A DNA stretch of 64,000 nt from Octopus bimaculoides (GCF_001194135.2 NC_068992.1:49409162-49473161); one strand, 5' to 3'. Positions 1 to 12,513 are shown, counted from the stretch's first letter. Translations and numbers: made by a program. The notes: generated by a model not told the origin, from the letters alone.

Positions 1-273
1 CTACAGTCCAAACCTTGCTCCATGTGACTTTAGCTTGTTCTCCAAGGTGATGGAAAACCTCGAGGGCAGCCGTTTTGAAAACGAAGGAGTCTTTGACAAG
101 AGTCATGGACACCTTTACATTGGGGAATTGCAATGGGGCCTTCACGAAATGGGTAGAATACTGCAACAAATACATAGAACTCAAAGGATCCTACTTTAAC
201 GGGTATTACCGTTTTGTAAATAAATAAAAGTCTCTCCTTAAAAAGTATGAAAGCTTCTGGAATGAACCCAGTA
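1..273 (+). mobile_element. mariner transposase 3' remnant with degenerate right end
   Basis: Frame from base 2 reads YSPNLAPCDFSLFSK (mariner YSPDLAPxD motif). After a frameshift it reads FTKWVEYCNKYIELKGSYF, matching the mariner C-terminus. Confidence 0.85.
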
Positions 274-403
274 GATAGACAGATCAACAGATAGACAGAC
301 ACACAAAGAAGAGAAACAGAAAGACAGAAAGACAGACAGATAGATAGTCAGACATATAAACCCGTATTAGACTCACAGACAAGCTGAAGGGATAGAAAAA
401 TGG

Positions 404-441
<38 letters not shown>

Positions 442-1283
442 CAATTGCAGCGTGGAAGGTGTTTATAAGCCATTTAAAATAACACACAAAATCCGTTAGA
501 TTCACTTCAACATTTAAATTTAATTTGAGACCGCGACCTGTTCACTGACAAAATTCTGTGCTGAAGTGAATCTANNNNNNNNNNNNNNNNNNNNNNNNNN
601 NNNNNNNNNNNNNNNNNNNNNNNNNNNNNNNNNNNNNNNNNNNNNNNNNNNNNNNNNNNNNNNNNNNNNNNNNNNNNNNNNNNNNNNNNNNNNNNNNNNN
701 NNNNNNNNNNNNNNNNNNNNNNNNNNNNNNNNNNNNNNNNNNNNNNNNNNNNNNNNNNNNNNNNNNNNNNNNNNNNNNNNNNNNNNNNNNNNNNNNNNNN
801 NNNNNNNNNNNNNNNNNNNNNNNNNNNNNNNNNNNNNNNNNNNNNNNNNNNNNNNNNNNNNNNNNNNNNNNNNNNNNNNNNNNNNNNNNNNNNNNNNNNN
901 NNNNNNNNNNNNNNNNNNNNNNNNNNNNNNNNNNNNNNNNNNNNNNNNNNGAGAGAGAAAGAGGGAGAGAGAGAGAGAGAGAGAAAAAAAAGAGAGAGAA
1001 TAAACAGTTTATAGCTAGTCATGACAAACATCCTCGCAACGGGCGTTGGTTTCACATATTTATAATAGTATATATATATATACATACATACACACAGACA
1101 TACATACGCACACACACACACATATGCATATTTATACATATATATAACTATGTATGTACATGCATAGCGTATTTCTATATCTATATCTACCTATCAATAT
1201 ATAATATAATGTGTATATATATAAGTACAATTCATTTACAATGTATATAAAATAACTAAAATTCTAAGATCACAATGTGTGAG

Positions 1284-1478
1284 TAAATTCGCATATGTCT
1301 GTTTGATGAACAACCATACCTCGTTGTGTAAATAGATTTTGTGGTTACGCCGTAGGGATCTCTCTGCAGGATGGATCTGAGAACAACTCGACTAGTTTCC
1401 ATTATGTAAATAAAGCCTATGTTTTGTTTATACATTGAGGCTGAATCTATATTTGTTTAACGAGCATATGTGAACTTA
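1284..1478. mobile_element. putative MITE (Tc1/mariner-type)
   Basis: TAAATTCGCATATG at 1284-1297 matches the reverse complement of 1465-1478 (TAAGTTCACATATG) at 12/14. Both ends are TA and there is no coding capacity. Confidence 0.35.
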
Positions 1479-1489
1479 TTCCCAATTTA

Positions 1490-2475
<986 letters not shown>

Positions 2476-2619
2476 ATGAAATAAAAAGAAGGCAAGTGAA
2501 CAGAATGTAGATATTTTTCAGAGATAAAATATTTACGGAATCAACCGGTTTCGCTTTTGCTAATCAGGGCTAAGAAATTAATGAAAATATTACAATTTTA
2601 TGGTATCATAAGAAATTTT

Positions 2620-3288
2620 CAGTCCGTTTTATTAGCGGGAAAGTTGTTTCATTTATGACGTTTACCCAACGTTTTTCTATGTCATATATTCCATCTTAAA
2701 AAAAAAAAATTATTTTTTACTGTGATAAACTGTCCGAATGCTTCAAATACCTCTTCTCTATTTAAGAATGTTTTATTGCTTATGAAAAGCTCAAAATGCT
2801 TAAATAAGTGATGATCAGTAGGAGAGATATCAGGGGGAATAGGGAGGATGTTGCAAAATCTCATCATGCAGGCCTGCCAACTTTTGGACCGTAGCTTGAG
2901 GAGTGTGAGAACGTGCACTGAGGAGTGTGGGGACGAGCAAAATTGGGTCATTTCTATTCACTAGTCTGGGTTGCTTCTTTTTCAAATTCTCATGCATACA
3001 ATCAATTTCCTGGCAATACGATGTTGCTGTTACTGTTTTCCCTTGTTGCAAAAATGAGTAATGAATAACTCCCTTCGCAGATCATCATACAGTGAGCACT
3101 AACTTTTTAGGGTGCAATGGTGGGTTTGGGTAGTGTTTAGGTGACTCTCCTGCATCTAATTATTGTCATGTTGTTCTGCTGTCGTCAAAGAGTATCCATT
3201 TCTCATCACAAGTAATGATTTGATGCAAAAATGGGCTTTTTTCAGTTGAGAAAGCAATAAGGAGCACACTTCGAGGCGTCTAGTTTTT
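2620..3288 (-). mobile_element. mariner transposase 3' half, decayed (stops and frameshifts), cut by the gap
   Basis: Minus strand reads IITCDEKWILFD...PLHPKKLVLTV...VIHYSFLQQGKTVTA...ILQHPPYSP/DISPTDHHLFKHF, covering the TxDEKW and YSPDLAPxD motifs. Confidence 0.92.
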
Positions 3289-4210
3289 NNNNNNNNNNNN
3301 NNNNNNNNNNNNNNNNNNNNNNNNNNNNNNNNNNNNNNNNNNNNNNNNNNNNNNNNNNNNNNNNNNNNNNNNNNNNNNNNNNNNNNNNNNNNNNNNNNNN
3401 NNNNNNNNNNNNNNNNNNNNNNNNNNNNNNNNNNNNNNNNNNNNNNNNNNNNNNNNNNNNNNNNNNNNNNNNNNNNNNNNNNNNNNNNNNNNNNNNNNNN
3501 NNNNNNNNNNNNNNNNNNNNNNNNNNNNNNNNNNNNNNNNNNNNNNNNNNNNNNNNNNNNNNNNNNNNNNNNNNNNNNNNNNNNNNNNNNNNNNNNNNNN
3601 NNNNNNNNNNNNNNNNNNNNNNNNNNNNNNNNNNNNNNNNNNNNNNNNNNNNNNNNNNNNNNNNNNNNNNNNNNNNNNNNNNNNNNNNNNNNNNNNNNNN
3701 NNNNNNNNNNNNNNNNNNNNNNNNNNNNNNNNNNNNNNNNNNNNNNNNNNNNNNNNNNNNNNNNNNNNNNNNNNNNNNNNNNNNNNNNNNNNNNNNNNNN
3801 NNNNNNNNNNNNNNNNNNNNNNNNNNNNNNNNNNNNNNNNNNNNNNNNNNNNNNNNNNNNNNNNNNNNNNNNNNNNNNNNNNNNNNNNNNNNNNNNNNNN
3901 NNNNNNNNNNNNNNNNNNNNNNNNNNNNNNNNNNNNNNNNNNNNNNNNNNNNNNNNNNNNNNNNNNNNNNNNNNNNNNNNNNNNNNNNNNNNNNNNNNNN
4001 NNNNNNNNNNNNNNNNNNNNNNNNNNNNNNNNNNNNNNNNNNNNNNNNNNNNNNNNNNNNNNNNNNNNNNNNNNNNNNNNNNNNNNNNNNNNNNNNNNNN
4101 NNNNNNNNNNNNNNNNNNNNNNNNNNNNNNNNNNNNNNNCACACACACACATTCTCTCTCTCTCTCTCTCACACACACAAACATACATACATACATACAT
4201 ACATACATAT

Positions 4211-4370
4211 GGGAGAATATACAAATAATAACAACAGACGAGGACAGGTGGTGTAAATAACAAAAGTATATATTAGTATGACGCTCGGGAATACGGAAAG
4301 TCTTTGACGTTTCGAGCTGCGCTCTTCAACAGAAAGAATACGGAGACAAGGAGAAAAACACGGAGAAAAA
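4211..4370 (-). mobile_element. Penelope-like terminal repeat fragment, copy 1
   Basis: Homologous to 39387-39530 (shared GGGAGAAT, GACAGGTGGTGTA, ACGCTCGGGAA and TTTCGAGC...GCTCTT blocks). Contains a hammerhead-like motif. The PLE assignment is inferred from the known PLE-hammerhead association. Confidence 0.5.
4301..4337 (-). ncRNA. minimal type-I hammerhead ribozyme-like motif (A6U variant)
   Basis: Minus strand reads UCUUU-CUGUUGA-A-GAGC(GCA)GCUC-GAAA-C-GUC-AAAGA: 5-bp stem I, 4-bp stem II, GAAAC/GUC site. Confidence 0.6.
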
Positions 4371-4899
4371 AAATTGAATAGTGTTCAGTCAACGGTCAAT
4401 CATAATAATGGCCGATCATAACAATGGCTGACCGGAAGTTAGAAATTCTTATTTGAAGTCATACATACATACATACATACACCGCCCTTCTTGTGCATGA
4501 ATGAAGTTTTTCGTGCCAGTGGAACGCGTCAGCTCTGGGTTATTACGCCTAGAGTATAGACGTGTAGTGCGCACTCGTAAGACAGAAAATAATGGAAGAG
4601 TTCGGAGAAATAAACTGTTAACGGTAGGTCAAACCGAAGTATTAGGATCATTAAACAATGTAAGGTAACAATATCTTTTCTCTTTGTTTTCGTTTAGTGA
4701 CATCTTGCATATTTTAAGTAGCTCTTCACCTGCATTGTTTACTGGCTTTTTCTTCCAACATTAATAGCATTTACATTTATTACAGTATTTCGTCAACTCA
4801 GGTGTGGTGGAGAATAAATTTGAATTTGGACAAAGCAGATTGAACCTAATATTTTCTCCGACACTTCACAGTTGCTTCTAAACTACAGATTCTTCAATA

Positions 4900-5070
4900 T
4901 TTTACGGTTTCTCCGATACTCTACTATTTCTCGGGTACTATACACTACTTTTTCCGGTACTCTACACTTTCTCTGCGGACCTACACTTTATCCTGTACTC
5001 TATTCTTTTTCCGGTACTCTACGTTTTACGTGGTACGTTTAAAGTTTCTTCATACTCTACATTTTCCCTC
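4900..5070. repeat. degenerate minisatellite, about 8 units of about 20 bp (GGTACTCTACACTTTTCC-like)
   Basis: Recurrent TACTCTAC/GGTACT cores at roughly 20-nt spacing. Confidence 0.6.
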
Positions 5071-5191
5071 CCATTTTATCGATAAGGACAAAAGAAAACT
5101 GGACGTCGACAAAATTTCCTTCTAAACTGAGAACGTAAAGCACCGTCACTAAATATTGCCAGCATACGCCTTACATCCGCAAAATAACAGT

Positions 5192-5617
5192 TAGTCTTTT
5201 AGTCTTTTAGTCTTTTACCTGTTTCAGTCATTTGACTGTGGCCATGCTGGAGCACCGCCTTTAGTCGAGCAAATCGACCCCACGACTTATTCTTTGTAAG
5301 CCTAATACTTATTCTATCGGTCTGTTTTGCCGAACCGCTAAGTTACGGGGACGTAAACACACCAGCATCAGTTGTCAAGCAATGTTGGGGGGACAAACAC
5401 AGATACACAAACATATACACACACACACATACATATACACATATACATATATACGACGGGCTTCTTTCAGTTTCTGTCTACCAAATCCACTCACAAGGCT
5501 TTGGTCGGCCCGAGGCTATAATAGAAGACACTTGCCCAAGGTGCCATGCAGTGGGACTGAACCCAGAACCATATGGTTCGTAAGCAAGCTACTTACCACA
5601 CAGCCACTCCTACGCCT
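5192..5617 (-). mobile_element. full-length tRNA-headed SINE, family A, with internal (TG/TA)n and (AAAGACTA)n tail
   Basis: Head GGCGTAGGAGTGGCTGTGTGGTAAG...GGTTCAGTCCC has A/B-box-like motifs, followed by CCTTGGGCAAGT. Fragments occur at about 2170-2215, 8366-8461, 26235-26340, 31270-31350, 34370-34420, 38240-38560, 39712-39880 and 42020-42050. Confidence 0.9.
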
Positions 5618-6243
5618 ATCAAAAGAAATATAGGATCCTTCCTACTGTTTCCATTAGTTTACCATTCTTACTTGATAAGAAGAAAAGTATCTTCTGAGAT
5701 TTATTTTAAGGACTTTGGGCAGATGAAAGGCAAAGTTGACGTTGGTAAGATCTGAACTCAGATAATAAATAAACACAACAAAGTACTTTTTGCAACGTTC
5801 TAGCCTCACCACCCTCAGTAATTGTTTCTAATTTAGGTACAGGCCCAAAACCCATAAATTTTCAGGGGAGGGTGTCAGTCCACACCATTGATAATGATAA
5901 CTTTGAACGGAAGAGTTGGTCTCGGTGTGATTTGAATACAGAACGTAAAGGGCAAGAAGAAATACCACAAGGTATTTTCCAGACGCTCCAACGATTCTCT
6001 CAGTTGCGTAATAATATTTAGAAAAAGAGAAAAAAAAAAGAAAAAAACTCTCGACAGTTATGGCAAAGATGGTGACTATCAAAAATTGTTGAATTGAGAC
6101 GAAAGAGCCAAGTTAACATATGAGGAAGAAGTGTAAGGATTAAAAAAAAAAAAACATGACAAAGCTCAAAATTTTTTGTCGAGCTTTCGTGAATTAAAAG
6201 CAGGTGCCTTGAGAAATAGATAGATAGATAGATAGATGGATAA

Positions 6244-6292
<49 letters not shown>

Positions 6293-6680
6293 CAGACAGA
6301 AAGAGAGAGATAGAGAGAGAGATAGAGAGAAAGAGGGGGAGAGAGTGAGTGAAATATTACGAGGGAACAATGTGTTTTATTTTCGGTTCTTAGAATAAAT
6401 ATATATATATAAAGAACAAAAAAAATAAAGAAAAATAAGACTGCAGCAACGAAAGAATGAATTATACAATCAGAGAAGGGAAAAGGGATAAGATAAGTAG
6501 AGTAAAAATGTAACATATATATATAACATATANNNNNNNNNNNNNNNNNNNNNNNNNNNNNNNNNNNNNNNNNNNNNNNNNNNNNNNNNNNNNNNNNNNN
6601 NNNNNNNNNNNNNNNNNNNNNNNNNNNNNNNNNNNNNNNNNNNNNNNNNNNNNNNNNNNNNNNNNNNNNNNNNNNNNNNN

Positions 6681-6744
<64 letters not shown>

Positions 6745-7136
6745 ATGTATGTATATATATATAAATGAAGCTAAATATGGCCAATTGTTGTCAGTAGGGG
6801 AGCTGAATCAAGGATACTTTAACAAAGGAGATTCTAATGCTGATGCTGGTGCTGGCGGTGGGAGTTAGTGGTGGGAAATTATGTGTGTATGTCTAGATGT
6901 TTGTATGCTTGAAGATTAAGGGTTTATTTACTTTCGACTTATAAATGCTAAACGAAATAAGCACGAGGAATGCAACAACAATTCTATTACAACACCAACG
7001 CTGAAGTCCAACGAAAAGTATTGATATTTTAGCGACGACAGCTGGTGGTGGAATGTCTGCTGAAGGAATTATTCGGAAATAATATAAACAAGAGAAATTG
7101 TTTGGTTAAATTAGTTTAAATTGGTTGGTTGGTTGG

Positions 7137-8293
7137 TTATTGTTGTTGTTCAGTCGAGTTGTCCAGCGATTCCGTAGATAAATCTATGATGAAAGGCATA
7201 CCGACCATGACCACCTCTTCATTCTTTCTAGACATAGTATAAAACGATAGGAAGCAATTTGAAGGAAATGTGGCTGTTATTCTAGCACCAGACCGAGACC
7301 TTAAGCCAAGACCTGCTGCTTCAAGTGATACCTTTAAAAAATCTGATTTGTGCTTAGCCAATGGAGAGGATCCATGACTCTTTCTTCTCTTAATCCCACC
7401 CATCGCACTATCGTTTTTACTATAGTAATCAGATAGAGGAAACCTGGGCGTCCTCCATAATTCCCCGTGCTAAATCGACAAATAAGCAATTCATGGGCAC
7501 TGAATACGTATGGACGGGATGATTCTCTCACTTTACGATTCGGTTATTGCCGGATCCAGCATGACAGTACCTGTAAAGGGTTTCTCCTCTCCATTTACGT
7601 AGCACTGCTAGATCAAAGACTTTTGGAAATTGTCCATAACCCTTGACCTAAAATTCCTCCAGAAGGAATCATTAAGATTATCTTCATTGACGTCCAGAAT
7701 CGCTCCCAGCTCATTATTGCTCATACATTTTACCAACCCGCCACATCTTGTCAGCGATACTGCTCCATTAAGTATATTGTCTAACTAGTAAGGTGCAGTG
7801 AATGCTTGGTAATATTCTAGAAAACTAATAGACAATAATAAAGACCATAATAGAGAAATAATAAAGAATTTCTCTATTATTATGACCAGGATCCGTGGAG
7901 GCGCAATGACCCAGTGGTTAGGGCAGCAGACTTGCGGTCATAGGATCGCGGTTTCGATTCCCAGACCGGGCGTTGTGAGTGTTTATTGAGTGAAAACACC
8001 TAAAGCTCTACGAGGCTCCGGCAGGGGGAGGTGGCGAACCCTGCTGTATTCTTTCACCACAGCTTTCTCTCACTCTTACTTCCTGTTTCTGTTGTGCCTG
8101 TAATTCAAAGGGTCAGCCTTGTCACACTGTGTCACGCTGAATATCCCCGAGAACTACGTTAAGGGTACACGTGTCTGTGGAGTGCTCAGCCACTTGCACG
8201 TTAATTTCACGAACTGGCTGTTCCGTTGATCGGATCAACTGGAACCCTCGTCGTCGTAAGCGACGGAGTGCCAATAATGACCAGGATATCCAT
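7137..8293 (-). pseudogene. decayed single-frame ORF (253 codons, 5 internal stops) interrupted by a family C SINE; product unknown
   Basis: Removing the SINE and one TSD joins ATG 8293 to the frame ending at 7137 with no frameshift: MDILVIIIEKFFIISLLWSLLLSISFLEYYQAF...SFWRNFRSRVMDNF...ELWRTPRFPLSDYY...GARITATFPSNC...VMVGMPFIIDL. Confidence 0.45.
7893..8276 (+). mobile_element. full-length tRNA-headed SINE, family C, 11-bp TSD
   Basis: A box TGACCCAGTGG and B box GGTTTCGATTCC. TSD ATGACCAGGAT at 7882-7892 and 8277-8287. Near-identical to 21764-22148 and 30425-30808. Confidence 0.95.
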
Positions 8294-9209
8294 TCACTGA
8301 GACAATTTAAAAGGGGATAAAAGAAATAACATTTATAAATGAAGCAGGGGCGGAATAACGATACTCTTTTATCTTTTATCTTTTACTTGTTTCAGTCATT
8401 TAACTGCGGCCATGTTGGGTCACCGCTTTGAATGTTTAGTCGAACGAATCGACTCCAGGACCGGTAGTTCTGTTGCAACAATAGTTTTCAGAATTTGCTG
8501 TTGAGGTGTTCGTTCTGCTCCTGTCTTTTCTTCCTTTCTTCGGTGTGGAAAGCCCACAAGTAGCTTTTATTGCTTCAACTATAACAGCTGGGATTTCTGC
8601 CGTACATCACCAGTCTTACTGAGAGATAACTGTGAACCAGCGACTACTCAATCGGACCCCAGCACCTCTACTGTATCAGGATACTTCCATATGAATTACC
8701 CTAGTTAACAAACAGCAAACTGCTACACATATCTGCTAAAGCTTCATTCAGTTACTTGTTTAAGAGAACGCTGTAAAGTCCACGTACACTTCGGGGGACA
8801 GACGTATATCATTTTACTTCTTGGACAAATTCCTCAAGCAAGGAAGTATGAACTTTTCTTACAGCTGCCACTTATTTTCTCCGACTAGATTTTATCAATG
8901 CTCAGAAATTATTTTCTGACAAGTAACGATCACAAAATAACTTCCAAAGCCACTAACATTTACATGAGGCAAAATGCTGTGTGCGTGCGTGTCTGTGTGT
9001 TCTTGTTGTTGCTAGATTTTTTGCAGTGAATGTTTTGATTGTTTCTGCTTCCTGTCACAAATAATTTTTTCCCCTCATTGTGCGCTTCTTTGTTATTAGC
9101 TTTATCTGTTTTCCCTTCTTTAAATTTTTGACAACCTTTTTTCCACTATTTTTTTTTTCTGGGTGGGAGGACAGGAAGACGTAGTCGTCCATATTAATGT
9201 AGCTGTTAC

Positions 9210-9257
9210 CCCAAATGTAGTACTCAACATCTTTTCTTGTTACTCCGATGTAAGAAG
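9210..9257 (-). CDS. candidate 48-nt phase 1-1 exon (xSYIGVTRKDVEYYIW)
   Basis: Long polypyrimidine tract plus TAG acceptor, G|GTAACA donor, open frame. No transcript evidence. Confidence 0.2.
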
Positions 9258-9491
9258 CTATTTCGGAAAATGAATGAATGAAACAAAATGAACAAAAAAG
9301 TATTTTATACTCAAACAAGACATTAATATCATAAACAGAATTCTCAGCGATACAACAGAGAAAATAAAATTCCAACCAATTCGAAAATTGATAAAATATT
9401 TTTCATAAATGCATACATCTCACGAAAGCTACGTCTTCACAGATTAAAACCTGGCGATGACGACGACAACAACGACAATAACAACAACAAT

Positions 9492-9523
<32 letters not shown>

Positions 9524-10516
9524 CGATGATAATTATTTCGTATTTTGGCTCTAAGCCAGATGTTTTGGTGGTAGAAATTAGTTGATAACATCGACCCCAA
9601 TACTTGACTGCAACTTATTTTATCTACCATGAAAGAATGAAAGGCTAAGTCAACCTCGGTGTAATTTGAACGCCATTATCTAATGAAGGGGTATGATGTC
9701 GAGGCCAGAACATTGCGCAATCAACACAAAGAATATTCCTGAAGATAACAATATAAGTAGTTTTGAGGATGTAGAGAGCATAGTTACACATATTATGAAA
9801 GAAAACGGGTGAAATGTTCTTGTCAAAATCTTGTAAAATGTAGACATAACAGAGCAGACATAATGAATGATTTGGGGACAATGTGAAAAAGAAATTATGT
9901 GCAGCAGTAGAAAACAGGTGTCTGACAGATGTTAACATAATGTTAAAGGGAAAAGAAAAAAAAGAGATATCTATGCTAATCTAATGAGAAATCTGCCGAA
10001 ACTCCAACTGGGTTATGGTTTTTAGACTCAACCCTGAGATTATTGGAATTATTGATTAACATAACTGAAATGCGTCAACAACAGTGTTGAGGAGCGAGGT
10101 TTCACAAGACCAGAACGGTATCAGTTAACTAGAAGATTCTAGCTACAAGCCGCTGAAGGCACTGTGAGAATATGTAAAACATTCTCGAAGTTTACCATGT
10201 AATAGGGATATATACATACGTAGAGAATACGGACATGTGTATATGCTCATATGCATAAGTTAACATGTATAGAACTAAGATGAAAACTTGCATATATATT
10301 TATCAAAAACACATAAAGATGCATTCGTGTATGTTAGCATACATGTATGCAAACATGTAGACGTAAATATATGCGTACATGCATGCATGTACGCATACAT
10401 AGATACATGGGTCCGTACACGCATGCATACATACATACATACATACATGCATACATACATACATACATTCACACATACATACATACGGAGGTACGTATAT
10501 AAAAACATGTAGATGC

Positions 10517-10567
<51 letters not shown>

Positions 10568-11518
10568 TACACACGTGCACACATGTGTATACAAACATAC
10601 ATAAACGACTGCCCAAATAATGCCTAAATTCCAGTGAAAGAGCCTTATTTCTGGGTAAGAACTGCTTCATTATTTCGCTATTGGTGAGAAAATGTTAAAA
10701 AATCCAGAACATACATACATACACACATACATACATATTCACATACATACATACATATATACATACATACATGCATGCATGCATACATACATACATACAT
10801 ACATACATACATACATACATACATACACACATACATGTTTGCATAAATATATCTGTGTACATATATATAGATAGACACACACACATATATATCTATATAT
10901 GTATATATNNNNNNNNNNNNNNNNNNNNNNNNNNNNNNNNNNNNNNNNNNNNNNNNNNNNNNNNNNNNNNNNNNNNNNNNNNNNNNNNNNNNNNNNNNNN
11001 NNNNNNNNNNNNNNNNNNNNNNNNNNNNNNNNNNNNNNNNNNNNNNNNNNNNNNNNNNNNNNNNNNNNNNNNNNNNNNNNNNNNNNNNNNNNNNNNNNNN
11101 NNNNNNNNNNNNNNNNNNNNNNNNNNNNNNNNNNNNNNNNNNNNNNNNNNNNNNNNNNNNNNNNNNNNNNNNNNNNNNNNNNNNNNNNNNNNNNNNNNNN
11201 NNNNNNNNNNNNNNNNNNNNNNNNNNNNNNNNNNNNNNNNNNNNNNNNNNNNNNNNNNNNNNNNNNNNNNNNNNNNNNNNNNNNNNNNNNNNNNNNNNNN
11301 NNNNNNNNNNNNNNNNNNNNNNNNNNNNNNNNNNNNNNNNNNNNNNNNNNNNNNNNNNNNNNNNNNNNNNNNNNNNNNNNNNNNNNNNNNNNNNNNNNNN
11401 NNNNNNNNNNNNNNNNNNNNNNNNNNNNNNNNNNNNNNNNNNNNNNNNNNNNNNNNNNNNNNNNNNNNNNNNNNAAGAGAGAGAGAGAGAGAGAGACAGA
11501 AAGGGGGAGAGAGAGGTA

Positions 11519-11558
<40 letters not shown>

Positions 11559-11659
11559 TGAGAGAGGGGGTATGCCATTTCGGTGTGTGTCAAAAGCAGC
11601 TGTTTGAGTTGGTGCTGGGAACGAGTGACATTATTTGCACACGATTTAACGGGTGTTGT

Positions 11660-11955
11660 TACTTGGCTTTTGACGCGTTAACAAAATTACTACCATAGCT
11701 ACTACCACAACCACTACCACAACCACGACCACCAACCACCACCACTACAAGCACCATCACCATCACCATCACCATCACCATCACCACCTCTACCAGAACC
11801 ACCAGCAACACCACCACCACCACCACCAACACTACCTGCAGCAGCACCACCGCCAGCACCACCACCACTACCAGCAACAGCAGCAAGACCACCACTACCA
11901 CCACCAGCACAATTACTAACTCCAATGCCAACGCTACCAACTCCACTACCAGCAC
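11660..11955. repeat. compound (CAC/ACC/CAG)n trinucleotide repeat
   Basis: Directly visible. It generates the poly-V and poly-G ORFs in the track. Confidence 0.95.
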
Positions 11956-12022
11956 AATATAAAAACATTTCTCATGGCACCACTGGCACACTATTTACAG
12001 ATGTTTACATTTTTAATGTTTT

Positions 12023-12050
12023 CCGTGAAGTTTCCACGGGTCCAGCTAGT
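12023..12050 (+). mobile_element. Helitron-like 3' terminus (hairpin + CTAG|T)
   Basis: CCGTG-N7-CACGG hairpin followed by GTCCAGCTAG|T. A 16-bp identical tail recurs at 12651-12666. Confidence 0.4.
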
Positions 12051-12256
12051 TACTATTATTACCATTCCAATCATATTTCATAAGTCAAGTTGTTTTTCGC
12101 TTGATCCACTCCGAAAGTAAACAGTCATTAATCATAAGGATGATTTTGTAAAGACACGAATCCAGATACAGTGGAACTTAATCATAAACAATTTTTCATC
12201 AAAAGACTACTCCCACAAGAATTTATTTTACAGTAGTGTACCTACCAGAAAGTATT

Positions 12257-12513
12257 GTGGAGGTGCGTGGCTTAGTAGTTAGGGTATTGGACACATGATC
12301 GTAATACTATGATTTCGATTCCTGGAGCGGGCGACTCGTCGTGTCCTTGAGCAAAACACTTCATTTCACGTTGCTCCAGTAACACTCAACTGGCAAAAAA
12401 GAATCCTGCGACGGATCGGTGTCCCGTCCAGGTGAAACTTATACGTCATGAAACCTGGAAATTAGCCCTTATGAGTCGGCAGGACTCGAGAAGGTGTCCT
12501 TTACCTTTACCAC
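12257..12513 (+). mobile_element. tRNA-headed SINE, family D, (CCTTTA)n tail, 10-bp TSD
   Basis: A/B-box-like head. TSD AAAGTATTGT at 12249-12258 and 12514-12523. Homologous to 58725-58975. Confidence 0.88.

Noticed and set aside
7893-7975. tRNA-like sequences with A and B boxes (also at 5540-5617, 12257, 22070, 30730 and 58725)
   Set aside because: They lack a proper acceptor stem and continue into shared SINE bodies with TSDs, so they are SINE heads rather than tRNA genes.
11659-11991. Hydrophobic poly-Val or Gly-rich ORFs
   Set aside because: Fully explained by the (CAC)n compound repeat.
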